A DNA stretch of 45,082 nucleotides, taken from Bacilli bacterium. GTDB taxonomy: Bacteria > Bacillota_I > Bacilli_A > RF39 > UBA660. Positions 19,806 through 28,622 of this stretch are shown piece by piece. The stretch is taken from NCBI GenBank assembly GCA_028703035.1, contig JAQVNR010000002.1, positions 1 to 45,082 on the forward strand, in the 5' to 3' direction. Every line of letters starts with the position of its first letter. The stretch's first letter is position 1. The translations under genes and the position numbers were made by a program. The notes under the pieces are model-generated. The model had not been told where the DNA came from, did no database searches, and worked only from the letters and a program-made list of their open reading frames with translations.

Positions 19806-20360
19806 ATGAAAAATGATTTAAGTGTATATCACAGTGATATGCCCTATCCGGAGATTAAAGTTTCGAGGCCTAATCTTGATTATGCTAATTTATTAATGGC
19901 TGATTATGCTGGTTTTATAAGTGAACTGAGCGCGATAAATCAGTATTACTATCATTATATAGTACTTAATGATGTCGATGCAGAAATAGCTAATATGCTA
20001 AAAAATATTTCTTATGTAGAAATAAGACATTTTGATACTTTAGCTAAAGTTATTCTATTACTAGGAGGAGACCCAATTCTTTTTGCTGATGCAAATTATT
20101 GGAATGGAGATTATATTTATTATGGTGATAACATTCTTTCTAGGTTAGAAGTAGATCTTCAAGTAGAATTAGATGCAATTGAAAATTATCAAAAAAAGAT
20201 TGAACTTATTGATGATCCATATGTTAAGAATATTTTAAGAAGAATTATTTTAGATGAAGAAGTTCATGTTAGGTTATTTAAAAAAGCTATTGAAAAAGTT
20301 AATCTTATGCAAAATCCGCCTATAACTTTAACTGATATAATTAAAGGAACATTTCCTTAA
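19806..20360 (+). CDS. Ferritin-like di-iron/Mn protein (CotJC/Mn-catalase-like)
   Basis: MPYPEIKV...SELSAINQYYY...VEIRHFDTL...ELDAIENY...DEEVHVRLF shows the paired E..H helices of the ferritin-like fold. It is collinear with CotJC from memory. Confidence 0.5.
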   Translation: MKNDLSVYHSDMPYPEIKVSRPNLDYANLLMADYAGFISELSAINQYYYHYIVLNDVDAEIANMLKNISYVEIRHFDTLAKVILLLGGDPILFADANYWNGDYIYYGDNILSRLEVDLQVELDAIENYQKKIELIDDPYVKNILRRIILDEEVHVRLFKKAIEKVNLMQNPPITLTDIIKGTFP

Positions 20361-20365
20361 AATTA

Positions 20366-20388
20366 AAAAGAGATAATCCTCTTTTTTT
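20366..20388. terminator. Putative bidirectional intrinsic terminator between convergent genes
   Basis: AAGAG-ataatc-CTCTT hairpin flanked by an A-run and a T-run. The stem is short. Confidence 0.4.
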
Positions 20389-21904
20389 ATACATCTTCTA
20401 AAATTAAAGATTTAGATTCTTTCATATCTTTAGGAATTGCAATATCCATATAATGAAGTATAGTTGGAGCAACATTAGTTAGCTCACCTTTTTCTTTTAA
20501 TACTAAATGTTTATCTAAGATAATAAATGGAACTGGAGATAATGAGTGAGTAGTAACTATATTATTTGCATCATCCAGCATTAAATCAGCATTCCCATGA
20601 TCAGATAAAATAATTGCTTTATAAAAGTTATCCTCAGCTGCGGTTATTAATTTTTTAAGTTCAGCATCTAATCCTTCTAATGCATTTATAGTTGCATCTA
20701 AATTACCAGTATGCCCGACCATATCAGGATTAGCATAATTTACTAAGATAAAATCATAGTCTTTTTCTAAACATTTAATCGTTTCTTTAGTAACATCTTC
20801 AGTGCTCATCATTGGAGTTTGATCATATGTACTAACCTTAGGACTTGGGACTAAGATATTAATTGTTCCTTTAAATTTAGGATTTTTCTCAGAGTTGAAA
20901 AATTTAGTAACATGCGAATATTTTTCGGTTTCAGCAATTCTAGCTTGAGTAAGACCAAGGTCAGAAAAATATTCCCCAATTGGATATAAATTTTCTTCAT
21001 CATATTCAAATAAAGCCTTAGTATTTTTCACATCTTCTTGTTCAAATAAATTATATACTTTAAAATTATTAATTATTTTATTTTGGAAACCAGTAAATTT
21101 TGGATTAGTAAAAGCATTTAAAATCTGTCTTGCTCTATCTTGTCTAAAGTTAAGCCATAAAAGGGCATCATGCTCATTAAAGGAAGTAAATTCAGGTAAT
21201 CTCAAAGGTGGCATATGCTCATCATAAATATTTTTTAAATAACAGTTATTGATTGCGGTTTCTAAATTAATTATATTTAAACCCGATGTTCCCATTAATA
21301 AATTATAATAAACTCCAGTCCGATTATATTTATTATCTCGATCCATTGCATAATATCGCCCACAAACTGATGCAATAACTCCTAAGTTATTTTCTGCAAA
21401 GACAGCCTTTAATTTATTAATATATTTTAAAGAAGATGTTCTTGAGGTGTCTCTTCCATCAGTAATAACATGAAACGCTAATTTTTTAACCCCTTTTTCT
21501 TTTAAAATAGGAATTAATTTTAAAATATAATCTAAATCACTGTGAACACCACCATCAGAAGCAAGCCCCATTAAATGGAGGCAAGAATCATTAGTGATAG
21601 TATGATTAATTAATTCATTTAAATTCTCATTATCATATATTTTTTTACTAGCTATTTCTTCTTTAACAACAGTTATTCGTTGTTTTATTTTTCTTCCTAA
21701 GCCTATTGCTCCATGTCCTACTTCACTATTACCAAACTGATTATTAGGTAAACCAACCGCCTCACCTGATGCTTCAAGCACTGAATGCGGATAATCTTCC
21801 CATAACTTATTAAAAAATTCCATTTTAGCTAGTTTAACCGCATTGCCTTTTTCTTGTTCTCTTAAACCAAATCCATCTAAGATAACCATTAATATTTTTT
21901 TCAT
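20387..21904 (-). CDS. gpmI: 2,3-bisphosphoglycerate-independent phosphoglycerate mutase
   Basis: About 505 aa with ILDGFG and NSEVGH motifs and typical length. Start set at ATG 21904, 5 nt after GAGGAA. The track start at 21916 is a GTG inside the RBS region. Confidence 0.85.
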   Translation of the reverse strand: MKKILMVILDGFGLREQEKGNAVKLAKMEFFNKLWEDYPHSVLEASGEAVGLPNNQFGNSEVGHGAIGLGRKIKQRITVVKEEIASKKIYDNENLNELINHTITNDSCLHLMGLASDGGVHSDLDYILKLIPILKEKGVKKLAFHVITDGRDTSRTSSLKYINKLKAVFAENNLGVIASVCGRYYAMDRDNKYNRTGVYYNLLMGTSGLNIINLETAINNCYLKNIYDEHMPPLRLPEFTSFNEHDALLWLNFRQDRARQILNAFTNPKFTGFQNKIINNFKVYNLFEQEDVKNTKALFEYDEENLYPIGEYFSDLGLTQARIAETEKYSHVTKFFNSEKNPKFKGTINILVPSPKVSTYDQTPMMSTEDVTKETIKCLEKDYDFILVNYANPDMVGHTGNLDATINALEGLDAELKKLITAAEDNFYKAIILSDHGNADLMLDDANNIVTTHSLSPVPFIILDKHLVLKEKGELTNVAPTILHYMDIAIPKDMKESKSLILEDV

Positions 21905-21925
21905 ATTATTCCTCACAATCCATAA

Positions 21926-22333
21926 TTACTCATTTATAATAAACTCGCCATTTAAATCTAAGGCTTCTATATCGTAACAAATTTTTACTTCCCCATTAAG
22001 TTTAGTATTTGTTTCTGGGTTTATAATCACTGGTCCATTTTTTTCTTCCTCAGCTACGTAAAGCCCATATTCTAAAACAAAATCATATAAATCATAATAT
22101 TTGCAACAATCTTCTTTATTAAGACAAGTATTACCAGCTGGTTTTATATCATCAATCAAATGTAATTTAGCAAACTTTAAAGTAGACTGAGTTATAACAT
22201 TAGTTTTGTTTTCTAAGCTTTTCTTCTTTATCTCATATGAAACATTTGTATAACTAGGAATAGCAATAATCATTATACCAGCTAGTATTATGATTACAGT
22301 TAAAAGTTCAATCATCGTAAATCCTTTGTTCAT
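21926..22333 (-). CDS. Prepilin-type N-terminal cleavage/methylation domain protein (pseudopilin/minor pilin)
   Basis: MNKGFTMIELLTVIIILAGI is a classic G/FTxxE class III signal. Confidence 0.8.
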   Translation of the reverse strand: MNKGFTMIELLTVIIILAGIMIIAIPSYTNVSYEIKKKSLENKTNVITQSTLKFAKLHLIDDIKPAGNTCLNKEDCCKYYDLYDFVLEYGLYVAEEEKNGPVIINPETNTKLNGEVKICYDIEALDLNGEFIINE

Positions 22334-22370
22334 AATCTTTTGCTCCTAGTATAATATTATCATAAAAATA

Positions 22371-22397
22371 TTAAAAAAAGTAGATTAACTACTTTTC
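22371..22397 (-). terminator. Intrinsic terminator after cdaR
   Basis: On the minus strand AAGTAG-ttaat-CTACTT is followed by a T7 run, immediately after the cdaR stop. Confidence 0.55.
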
Positions 22398-23762
22398 TTA
22401 TGAAGATATTCTTACTTTAACAGTTGATACTTTAGGCACTAGTGTTACTCTAATATCATCAATAAAGACACTGACAGGCACATCATGAGTACCAATGCTA
22501 TAACCACTTAAATCTATTTGAGCCTTAATTTGTGATTGTTCTATTTCTCCTAACACAGAAGTTACACCTTTAGCAATAACTGTAATTGCACTGTCTGCTA
22601 AACTTTCAGCATTTACTATATAATTATTACCTAAATTTATAGATTCTACTTGAATATCAGCAAATTCTTTACTTGATTCACTGTCCATCACGACTGAAAC
22701 TGTTGTATTTGTTTCGGTCATATATCTTACTCCAGCTGGTTTAGTTAAAGTAACATTAAATGTTTTATCATTGCTTAAACCATCTATATCAATAACCGCT
22801 TCAATAAATTTAAGTTCATCAATTATTTCTTTATCACCATAAACTTTAACTTTTGTAGTCGATGATATTGCACTTAATATAGCATATCCAACCGTTGGTT
22901 TTCCAGTTGTCATTATTTTAACTGGAAGCTCACTGTAATATGAATCTACAACAATCGATGCACTAACTTTAGTCGGAACCATTTCAACATTATTTATTTT
23001 ATTTCCACTACTATCATACGCTACTAAGACAATTGAATCAATTATATATGTTCCTTTTTCAGTAAAATTGTAGGCTTCTAAATCAACAAGAGCTCTAACT
23101 GTTGTTACCGATTCAAGAGCCTCACTTGATCCTTTGACAATTACTTCATTACGATCAAGTTCGACACTTTTAATTGATAATTTATTATCAAGTTTATCAC
23201 TATTTAATAAATCATATTTTAAAGTCTTTATCGCACTTACTTTTTCACTAATTTTAATTGTGATTGTACTTGGATCTAGTTTATAGTTAACAGACTCAAC
23301 ACTATGATTATATTTAAGTTTTACTTTATATTGACCAGTTGAATAACCACTTAAATCAAGTACTACTTTATGTTCTCCTAATTGTTTAGCTAAGTATAAA
23401 TCACTTTTACGCCCAATTAAAGTAATATCAACGGTCTCAGGAACTCCTTCAACCACATATGCTTCTTCATTATATATAATCTCAACTGGTTGCCCAGAAA
23501 TAATTTCAGCTTCTTCTGTTACTAAATTAATTGCTTTAGTATCGATAAGTAAGAAAATAATTATAGCAGAGAATAAAGATACATAAACAAGAATATTAGG
23601 TCTATTTAAAATTTTTTCAAAACGACCACTATTACTTTTAACTAGTTCACTTATTCTATATATAATTCTACTTATTGGAACTATTATTAATTTATCAATT
23701 ATATTATATATTCCCTTAAAAAGATCAGAAAAAATCTTAAATATTTTATTCATCTTCTTCAC
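22398..23762 (-). CDS. cdaR: CdaA regulatory protein CdaR (YbbR-domain repeats)
   Basis: N-terminal TM segment followed by repeated beta-rich YbbR-like modules. Overlaps the cdaA stop by 17 nt, as in cdaA-cdaR operons. Confidence 0.75.
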   Translation of the reverse strand: MKKMNKIFKIFSDLFKGIYNIIDKLIIVPISRIIYRISELVKSNSGRFEKILNRPNILVYVSLFSAIIIFLLIDTKAINLVTEEAEIISGQPVEIIYNEEAYVVEGVPETVDITLIGRKSDLYLAKQLGEHKVVLDLSGYSTGQYKVKLKYNHSVESVNYKLDPSTITIKISEKVSAIKTLKYDLLNSDKLDNKLSIKSVELDRNEVIVKGSSEALESVTTVRALVDLEAYNFTEKGTYIIDSIVLVAYDSSGNKINNVEMVPTKVSASIVVDSYYSELPVKIMTTGKPTVGYAILSAISSTTKVKVYGDKEIIDELKFIEAVIDIDGLSNDKTFNVTLTKPAGVRYMTETNTTVSVVMDSESSKEFADIQVESINLGNNYIVNAESLADSAITVIAKGVTSVLGEIEQSQIKAQIDLSGYSIGTHDVPVSVFIDDIRVTLVPKVSTVKVRISS

Positions 23763-24561
23763 CTACTTCTTCATCAGCATCGTAGAACACTTCCATCTTT
23801 GGCTTAAGTTCATCTAGTAGAAGCATTTTAAATTCTTCGAGGGTTAAATTATAGTTTAAATTACTATCTACAGCGATACTTATTTTTCCTGTTTCCTCAG
23901 ATACTACGAGCGCGATTGCATCTGTTTCCTCAGCAACTCCTAAAGCAGCTCTATGTCTTGTTCCAAGTTTTTTACTAAAATTAGGGTTCATGCTCGTTTT
24001 AAACACCGCACCTGCGCAAGTTAACTTATCTCCTTGGATTATCACACCTCCATCATGAAGTGGATTAGGCGGGAAAAATATTGCTTCAAGAAGAGCTGCT
24101 GTAATATCAGCATATACTTTATTCGCTGGCTCAATATATTCTTGCAAAGAAACATTTCTTTCAATAACAATTAGAGCACCAATTCTATTCCTCTTTAAAT
24201 ATTCAATAGCGTTCATAATCTCATAAACTACTCTTTCCCGTTCATCAACAGTTAAAACTTTATGACGCCCCAGTAACTGACTTCTACCAATTGACTCAAG
24301 TACGGCTCTAATTTCCGGCTGAAATATAATTATTAAAGCTAGAGGTCCCCAAGAGATAACATATTCTAAAAGTAAACCAATTATATATAAATTAAGAATA
24401 TTACTAAAAATTTTAATAATAACAATTATTACTACTCCTTTAAATATTAATACTAATTTAACATTTTTCCTTAAATTTTTAAGTAAATAATAAAACATAA
24501 ACCAAACAATACTTATATCAATTATTTTAGTAATTATATTTCCAATTGACAACCAAGTCAC
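23746..24561 (-). CDS. cdaA: Diadenylate cyclase CdaA (DacA)
   Basis: Three N-terminal TM helices plus a DAC domain with the DGGVII and GTRHRAALG motifs. Confidence 0.85.
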   Translation of the reverse strand: MTWLSIGNIITKIIDISIVWFMFYYLLKNLRKNVKLVLIFKGVVIIVIIKIFSNILNLYIIGLLLEYVISWGPLALIIIFQPEIRAVLESIGRSQLLGRHKVLTVDERERVVYEIMNAIEYLKRNRIGALIVIERNVSLQEYIEPANKVYADITAALLEAIFFPPNPLHDGGVIIQGDKLTCAGAVFKTSMNPNFSKKLGTRHRAALGVAEETDAIALVVSEETGKISIAVDSNLNYNLTLEEFKMLLLDELKPKMEVFYDADEEVGEEDE

Positions 24562-24599
24562 TTTAAACCACTCCTTTAAATAGTATAAATATTATATCA

Positions 24600-24970
24600 A
24601 AAAATTAAATTAAAGTATACTTTAGTTTAACTTAAAAGCCCTCACGGTCTTTTTCCTGTTTCACAGGGGGCATAACCTACTTCCTCCACAGGCACTATTA
24701 GGCGGCAGTCGCTACCGTCTTTGGGCTACTGGCATAATATCTATCTACTTTTACGAGCCGGACTTTTTTAAGTTTGGATTTATATTCTAGTTGTCTTATT
24801 AACTCGCCCCAGGAAGCATTTGTTATCTAACTTTCTCCTCAATCATTTTTTTAATATCTAATTTTTCTACAGCTATAACTTTATTTTCTTCAGTTAGTTT
24901 TTTACTGATTTCATGTAATAAATATTTTCTGGAGTTTCAAATTTTTTGATTTATGTAGAATTCTACATAA
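24600..24970 (-). mobile_element. tnpB: Remnant of an IS200/IS605-family tnpB (OrfB) gene, multiply disrupted
   Basis: The minus strand reads RKYLLHEISKKLTEENKVIAVEKLDIKKM..., then in another frame NASWGELIRQLEYKSKLKKVRLVKVDRYYASS, then a broken Cys-rich tail. This is collinear with the RuvC-II/zinc-finger part of TnpB. The N-terminal two thirds are absent. A perfect 20-bp palindrome, TTATGTAGAATTCTACATAA, lies at 24951-24970. Confidence 0.6.
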
Positions 24971-25008
24971 TTAAAAGTTCCACATAAATATAAAAAAGAA
25001 AAAGATAA

Positions 25009-25317
25009 TTATTTATTATCTTGAATTTCTTCGACTTCAGGAATCACATTTTCTGGGTTTTCTTCCTCATTTTCTGGGTTTTCTTCCTCATTTTCTAAGT
25101 TTTCTTCTGATATCTCTTCTTCTGATACAAGGTTTTCTTCTAAAATAGGTTCATCAATTTCCTCAGGTATATCATCTTTTACTTCTAAAATCTGTTCTAC
25201 TTTTTCTTCTCTTTTTTTATTTTTAAGGTTATCAACAATATAACCAATTAAAGCAAAGATAAAAAAAGCAGCAACAACCATTATTATTAAATAATGATCA
25301 ACTATAAAATCTAACAT
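25009..25317 (-). CDS. Small membrane-anchored protein with acidic repeat tail
   Basis: One N-terminal TM helix, then an E/N/P-rich tail containing EENPEN repeats. Confidence 0.5.
   Translation of the reverse strand: MLDFIVDHYLIIMVVAAFFIFALIGYIVDNLKNKKREEKVEQILEVKDDIPEEIDEPILEENLVSEEEISEENLENEEENPENEEENPENVIPEVEEIQDNK
25048..25110 (-). repeat. 3 x 21-nt in-frame tandem repeat
   Basis: attttctgggttttcttcctc occurs twice exactly (25048-25068, 25069-25089), followed by a diverged third unit (25090-25110). Confidence 0.8.
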
Positions 25318-25369
25318 TCATGGCCTTCCTTTCTATTTTATTACTCATTTAACTATATGAGTATTTTAC

Positions 25370-26425
25370 TTAGGTTATTATTAAATTTTGCCCCTTAGGC
25401 ATAATTTGGATAAATGTATTACCATCATTTACTATTAAGTCATCACCACTATCATATTTATAAACAGTAGCAGAAGCACGCGAGGATTTACTCCATGTTA
25501 TTGGGAGCGCTACTCCTTGTGATATATAATAACCAGTACCACTACCAACTGTATTTAAATTTTGCCTTCCTGATGAATCACCACTAATCTTATTATTTGC
25601 TACCTCATAAACAATAATATTTTTAAAAGTATATTGCTCTTTTGATACATAATCAACATGAGCTTTTTGATTGACACTTCTTTTGTAAACTTTATTAGTG
25701 CTATCATAATCATAAGAAGAGGTTACTGAAGATGAATATTTAATTGAAACAGAACTTGCTTCTTTACTTTCAGGTATTTTACTTAAATCTAGTGGATCAA
25801 CACTATATTTAAGTAAATAATCTTTATTTCTTTCAGTTCTTTTACTACCAATACCACTTGCAAGTTTATCAGTACTAGTAAAAAGTGTGTGTTCACTTGA
25901 CAAATTTAATGATTTATCGCGCCACCCCGTTTTTGAATTATCAACTACTATGCGATCAACATTTAAACGACTAAAATCACTCTGAGCTTGAGGTGATTGT
26001 CCATGATGAACAAATATTGCATCATTTTCTAGTACGTAATCAAGAAAATAATGTCTAGCACTTCTAACAGAGCCTATTCTTTCAACATCAGCATCAATAA
26101 ATAAAGCTAGATATCTAGTCAAACCACCTTCAACAATCATTTCATAAATAATATAAGCATCTTGAAGTCCACTTTGAACCCCTCTAGCAGCGCCTATATT
26201 ATTAATAGATACTGCGTACGGTCTACTCTTAGAATTTAAGTTAACAATATTCAACTTTTTTTCAGGTATTGTCTCTTTTACTTCTTTTCTTTCTGGTGTT
26301 TCCTTATTACTAAAAGCCATATAAATTCCTACTCCACCAATTATAAGAATAACAATAATTCCAATTATTAAATTATCTAACTTTATTTTCTTTATTTTTT
26401 TAAAAATATTTTTATTTTTTTTCAT
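25370..26425 (-). CDS. DUF3048-like secreted/anchored protein (YerB-like)
   Basis: N-terminal anchor followed by RPYAVSINN...QSGLQDAYIIYEMIVEGGLTRYLALF, which resembles the DUF3048 core as I recall it. Confidence 0.55.
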   Translation of the reverse strand: MKKNKNIFKKIKKIKLDNLIIGIIVILIIGGVGIYMAFSNKETPERKEVKETIPEKKLNIVNLNSKSRPYAVSINNIGAARGVQSGLQDAYIIYEMIVEGGLTRYLALFIDADVERIGSVRSARHYFLDYVLENDAIFVHHGQSPQAQSDFSRLNVDRIVVDNSKTGWRDKSLNLSSEHTLFTSTDKLASGIGSKRTERNKDYLLKYSVDPLDLSKIPESKEASSVSIKYSSSVTSSYDYDSTNKVYKRSVNQKAHVDYVSKEQYTFKNIIVYEVANNKISGDSSGRQNLNTVGSGTGYYISQGVALPITWSKSSRASATVYKYDSGDDLIVNDGNTFIQIMPKGQNLIIT

Positions 26426-26537
26426 AATTTCCTTCTCTTAAACTTATCATATCACAATCATATTTATTTTAAAATATAATTGTATTAATTTTGCTTTTTT
26501 GATATACTTTAAAACAGATGGAGGTATAAACTAAAAT

Positions 26538-27617
26538 ATGAAAATCGATCAAAAATTATTAAAAACAATGGGATTTGCTTTAGGATGTATAATTATTTTT
26601 ATTATTATAATAGCTTTAATAAGTAGTTGTATTAGGAATAAAAAATATACTTATGAAGAATTAGAAGCTAAATTAATTAATTTATCTAAAAACTATTATG
26701 ATAGTAATAAAGAATCTCTTCCTAAAGATGGCGAAAATACTTCTTTAAAAACCGAGTATTTTATAACAAACGGTAACTTAAAACATTTAACTTTAACAAC
26801 AGGAGAAACTTGCTTTGGAGAAATTATTGTTTCTAATTCTAATGGGTATTATTTATATTCACCTATTTTAACTTGTGGTGATATTAAAACAATAAATCTT
26901 ACTGATAAATTAAAAGAAGATGTTACTACAACCGGTGAAGGTTTATATAACTATGGTTCTTCTTATATATATAGAGGAGAAAATATTAATAATTATTTAT
27001 TAATCGGTGAAGGTTTATATCGAATTATTAAAATAAATCATAATGATGAAATTAGAATTATAGAAAATAAACGAAGCGAATCTACTTCTTGGGATAACAG
27101 ATATAATATTGATAAAAACTCAAATGAGGGTATTAATGACTTTATTTCTAATAATATAAACAGTAGAATTAAAAGTAAATTAGAAGAATCATATGATGGT
27201 GATAAGTTTACTGATGAAGAAAAAGCTTACTTTGTTAAACAAGATTTATGTATCGGTAAAAGAAGTATTAAAGATAACGTTGATGATGGATCAATTGAAT
27301 GCAGCGCGACAATTGAAAATCAAATGTTTGGTTTAATAACAGTCAATGAATACTTACAAGCTAGCTTAGATGCTAACTGTTTAAATATCACAAGTCCAAG
27401 CTGTACTAATTATAACTATTTAGCTAAACTAGAATCATCAACCTGGACACTAACTGCTGATAAAGATACTAGTTATAAAGCTTATAGACTAGATTATAGT
27501 ATCTCCCTTACTAATACATCTAACAGTAGTGGTGTGGCAATTGTTGCCCATTTAAATAAAAATACATTATATCAAAGTGGAACTGGAACATTAAATGATC
27601 CATATATCATAAAATAA
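26538..27617 (+). CDS. Membrane-anchored secreted protein, single-module paralog of the 2..2035 protein
   Basis: The N-terminal TM segment and GEGLYNYGSSYIYRGENINNYLLIGEGLYRIIKINHNDEIRII... parallel the YYYRG...WKIVRING..SIRL module. The C-terminus ...GTGTLNDPYII parallels ...GSGSATDPFVV. Confidence 0.6.
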   Translation: MKIDQKLLKTMGFALGCIIIFIIIIALISSCIRNKKYTYEELEAKLINLSKNYYDSNKESLPKDGENTSLKTEYFITNGNLKHLTLTTGETCFGEIIVSNSNGYYLYSPILTCGDIKTINLTDKLKEDVTTTGEGLYNYGSSYIYRGENINNYLLIGEGLYRIIKINHNDEIRIIENKRSESTSWDNRYNIDKNSNEGINDFISNNINSRIKSKLEESYDGDKFTDEEKAYFVKQDLCIGKRSIKDNVDDGSIECSATIENQMFGLITVNEYLQASLDANCLNITSPSCTNYNYLAKLESSTWTLTADKDTSYKAYRLDYSISLTNTSNSSGVAIVAHLNKNTLYQSGTGTLNDPYIIK

Positions 27618-27680
27618 CAATAAACCTTTCTTTATTCAATTAATAATAATATCTGTGATATAATTTTAAAAGAGGTGGAT

Positions 27681-28622
27681 ATGAAATTAGATGTAATTAT
27701 TCCTGTTTATAACGAGGAAGGTAATGTTAAATTACTTCATAAAAAATTAAGTGAAACTTTAATTGATTTAGATTATGAACTTATATTTATAAATGATGGA
27801 TCAATTGATAAGACTGCCGATAGACTTGCAAATATATATGAAGAAGATAAAAATCATGTAAAAGTAATTAATTTTAGTCGGAATTTTGGTAAAGACGCTG
27901 CTATGTATGCAGGACTTACTAGTGCAAAGGCTGAGTATTCAGTAATCATTGATGGAGATTGCCAGCAAAATCCAAAATACATTCTGACAATGCTTAAATA
28001 TTTAGAAAAAAATAAAAATATTGATCAAGTAGCGATGGTTAATAAAGAACGAAAAAAAGAGTCTTTTTTAAATAAAATTTTAAAAAAATCCTTTTATAAA
28101 TTTATTAACTCAATAAGTGATACTAAATTTATAATTGGTGCTTCTGACTTTAGAATGTTTAGAAAAAATGTCGTTGATGCAGTTATATCTTTAGGTGAAA
28201 ACAATCGTTTTTCTAAAGGGATATTTTCTTGGGTTGGTTTTAATACCCACTATTTGGAATATGAAGTTGAAGAAAGAAATAGCGGTAAAACCAACTTTAA
28301 TTTAATAAAACAATTTAGATATGCTTTTAATGGTATTATTAACTTCAGTGTTAAACCTCTTAGAATAGCAACTGTCGTTGGATTTATTACTTCAATTGGC
28401 TCTTTTATTTATTTAATTATAATATTATTAGAGACTCTAATAACTGGTATTGCCGTACCTGGTTATGCATCACTTATTAGTATAATGTTGTTTCTAGGTG
28501 GCATACAGCTTGTAGCAATCGGCATCTTAGGAGAATATATTTCTAAAACATATTTAGAAGCAAAAAAAAGGCCTGTTTATGTTACTAAAAATAAACTAGG
28601 CTTTAATGAAGAAATCTTATAA
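27681..28622 (+). CDS. Family 2 glycosyltransferase, polyprenyl-phosphate sugar transferase type (GtrB/DPM-like)
   Basis: IIPVYNEE, NDGSIDKT and DGDCQ motifs plus two C-terminal TM helices. ATG 27681 follows AGAGGTGG. Confidence 0.75.
   Translation: MKLDVIIPVYNEEGNVKLLHKKLSETLIDLDYELIFINDGSIDKTADRLANIYEEDKNHVKVINFSRNFGKDAAMYAGLTSAKAEYSVIIDGDCQQNPKYILTMLKYLEKNKNIDQVAMVNKERKKESFLNKILKKSFYKFINSISDTKFIIGASDFRMFRKNVVDAVISLGENNRFSKGIFSWVGFNTHYLEYEVEERNSGKTNFNLIKQFRYAFNGIINFSVKPLRIATVVGFITSIGSFIYLIIILLETLITGIAVPGYASLISIMLFLGGIQLVAIGILGEYISKTYLEAKKRPVYVTKNKLGFNEEIL

Noticed and set aside
24640-24830. Possible riboswitch, SRP RNA or RNase P-like RNA upstream of cdaA (long-range GCCC/GGGC and ACGGU/ACCGU pairings, AAAGUCCGGCUCG word)
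   Set aside because: Conserved cores of those RNAs are absent (GGAA tetraloop/AGCA loop of SRP; the P4 3' strand of RNase P). The segment translates convincingly as a TnpB fragment, which explains the composition.
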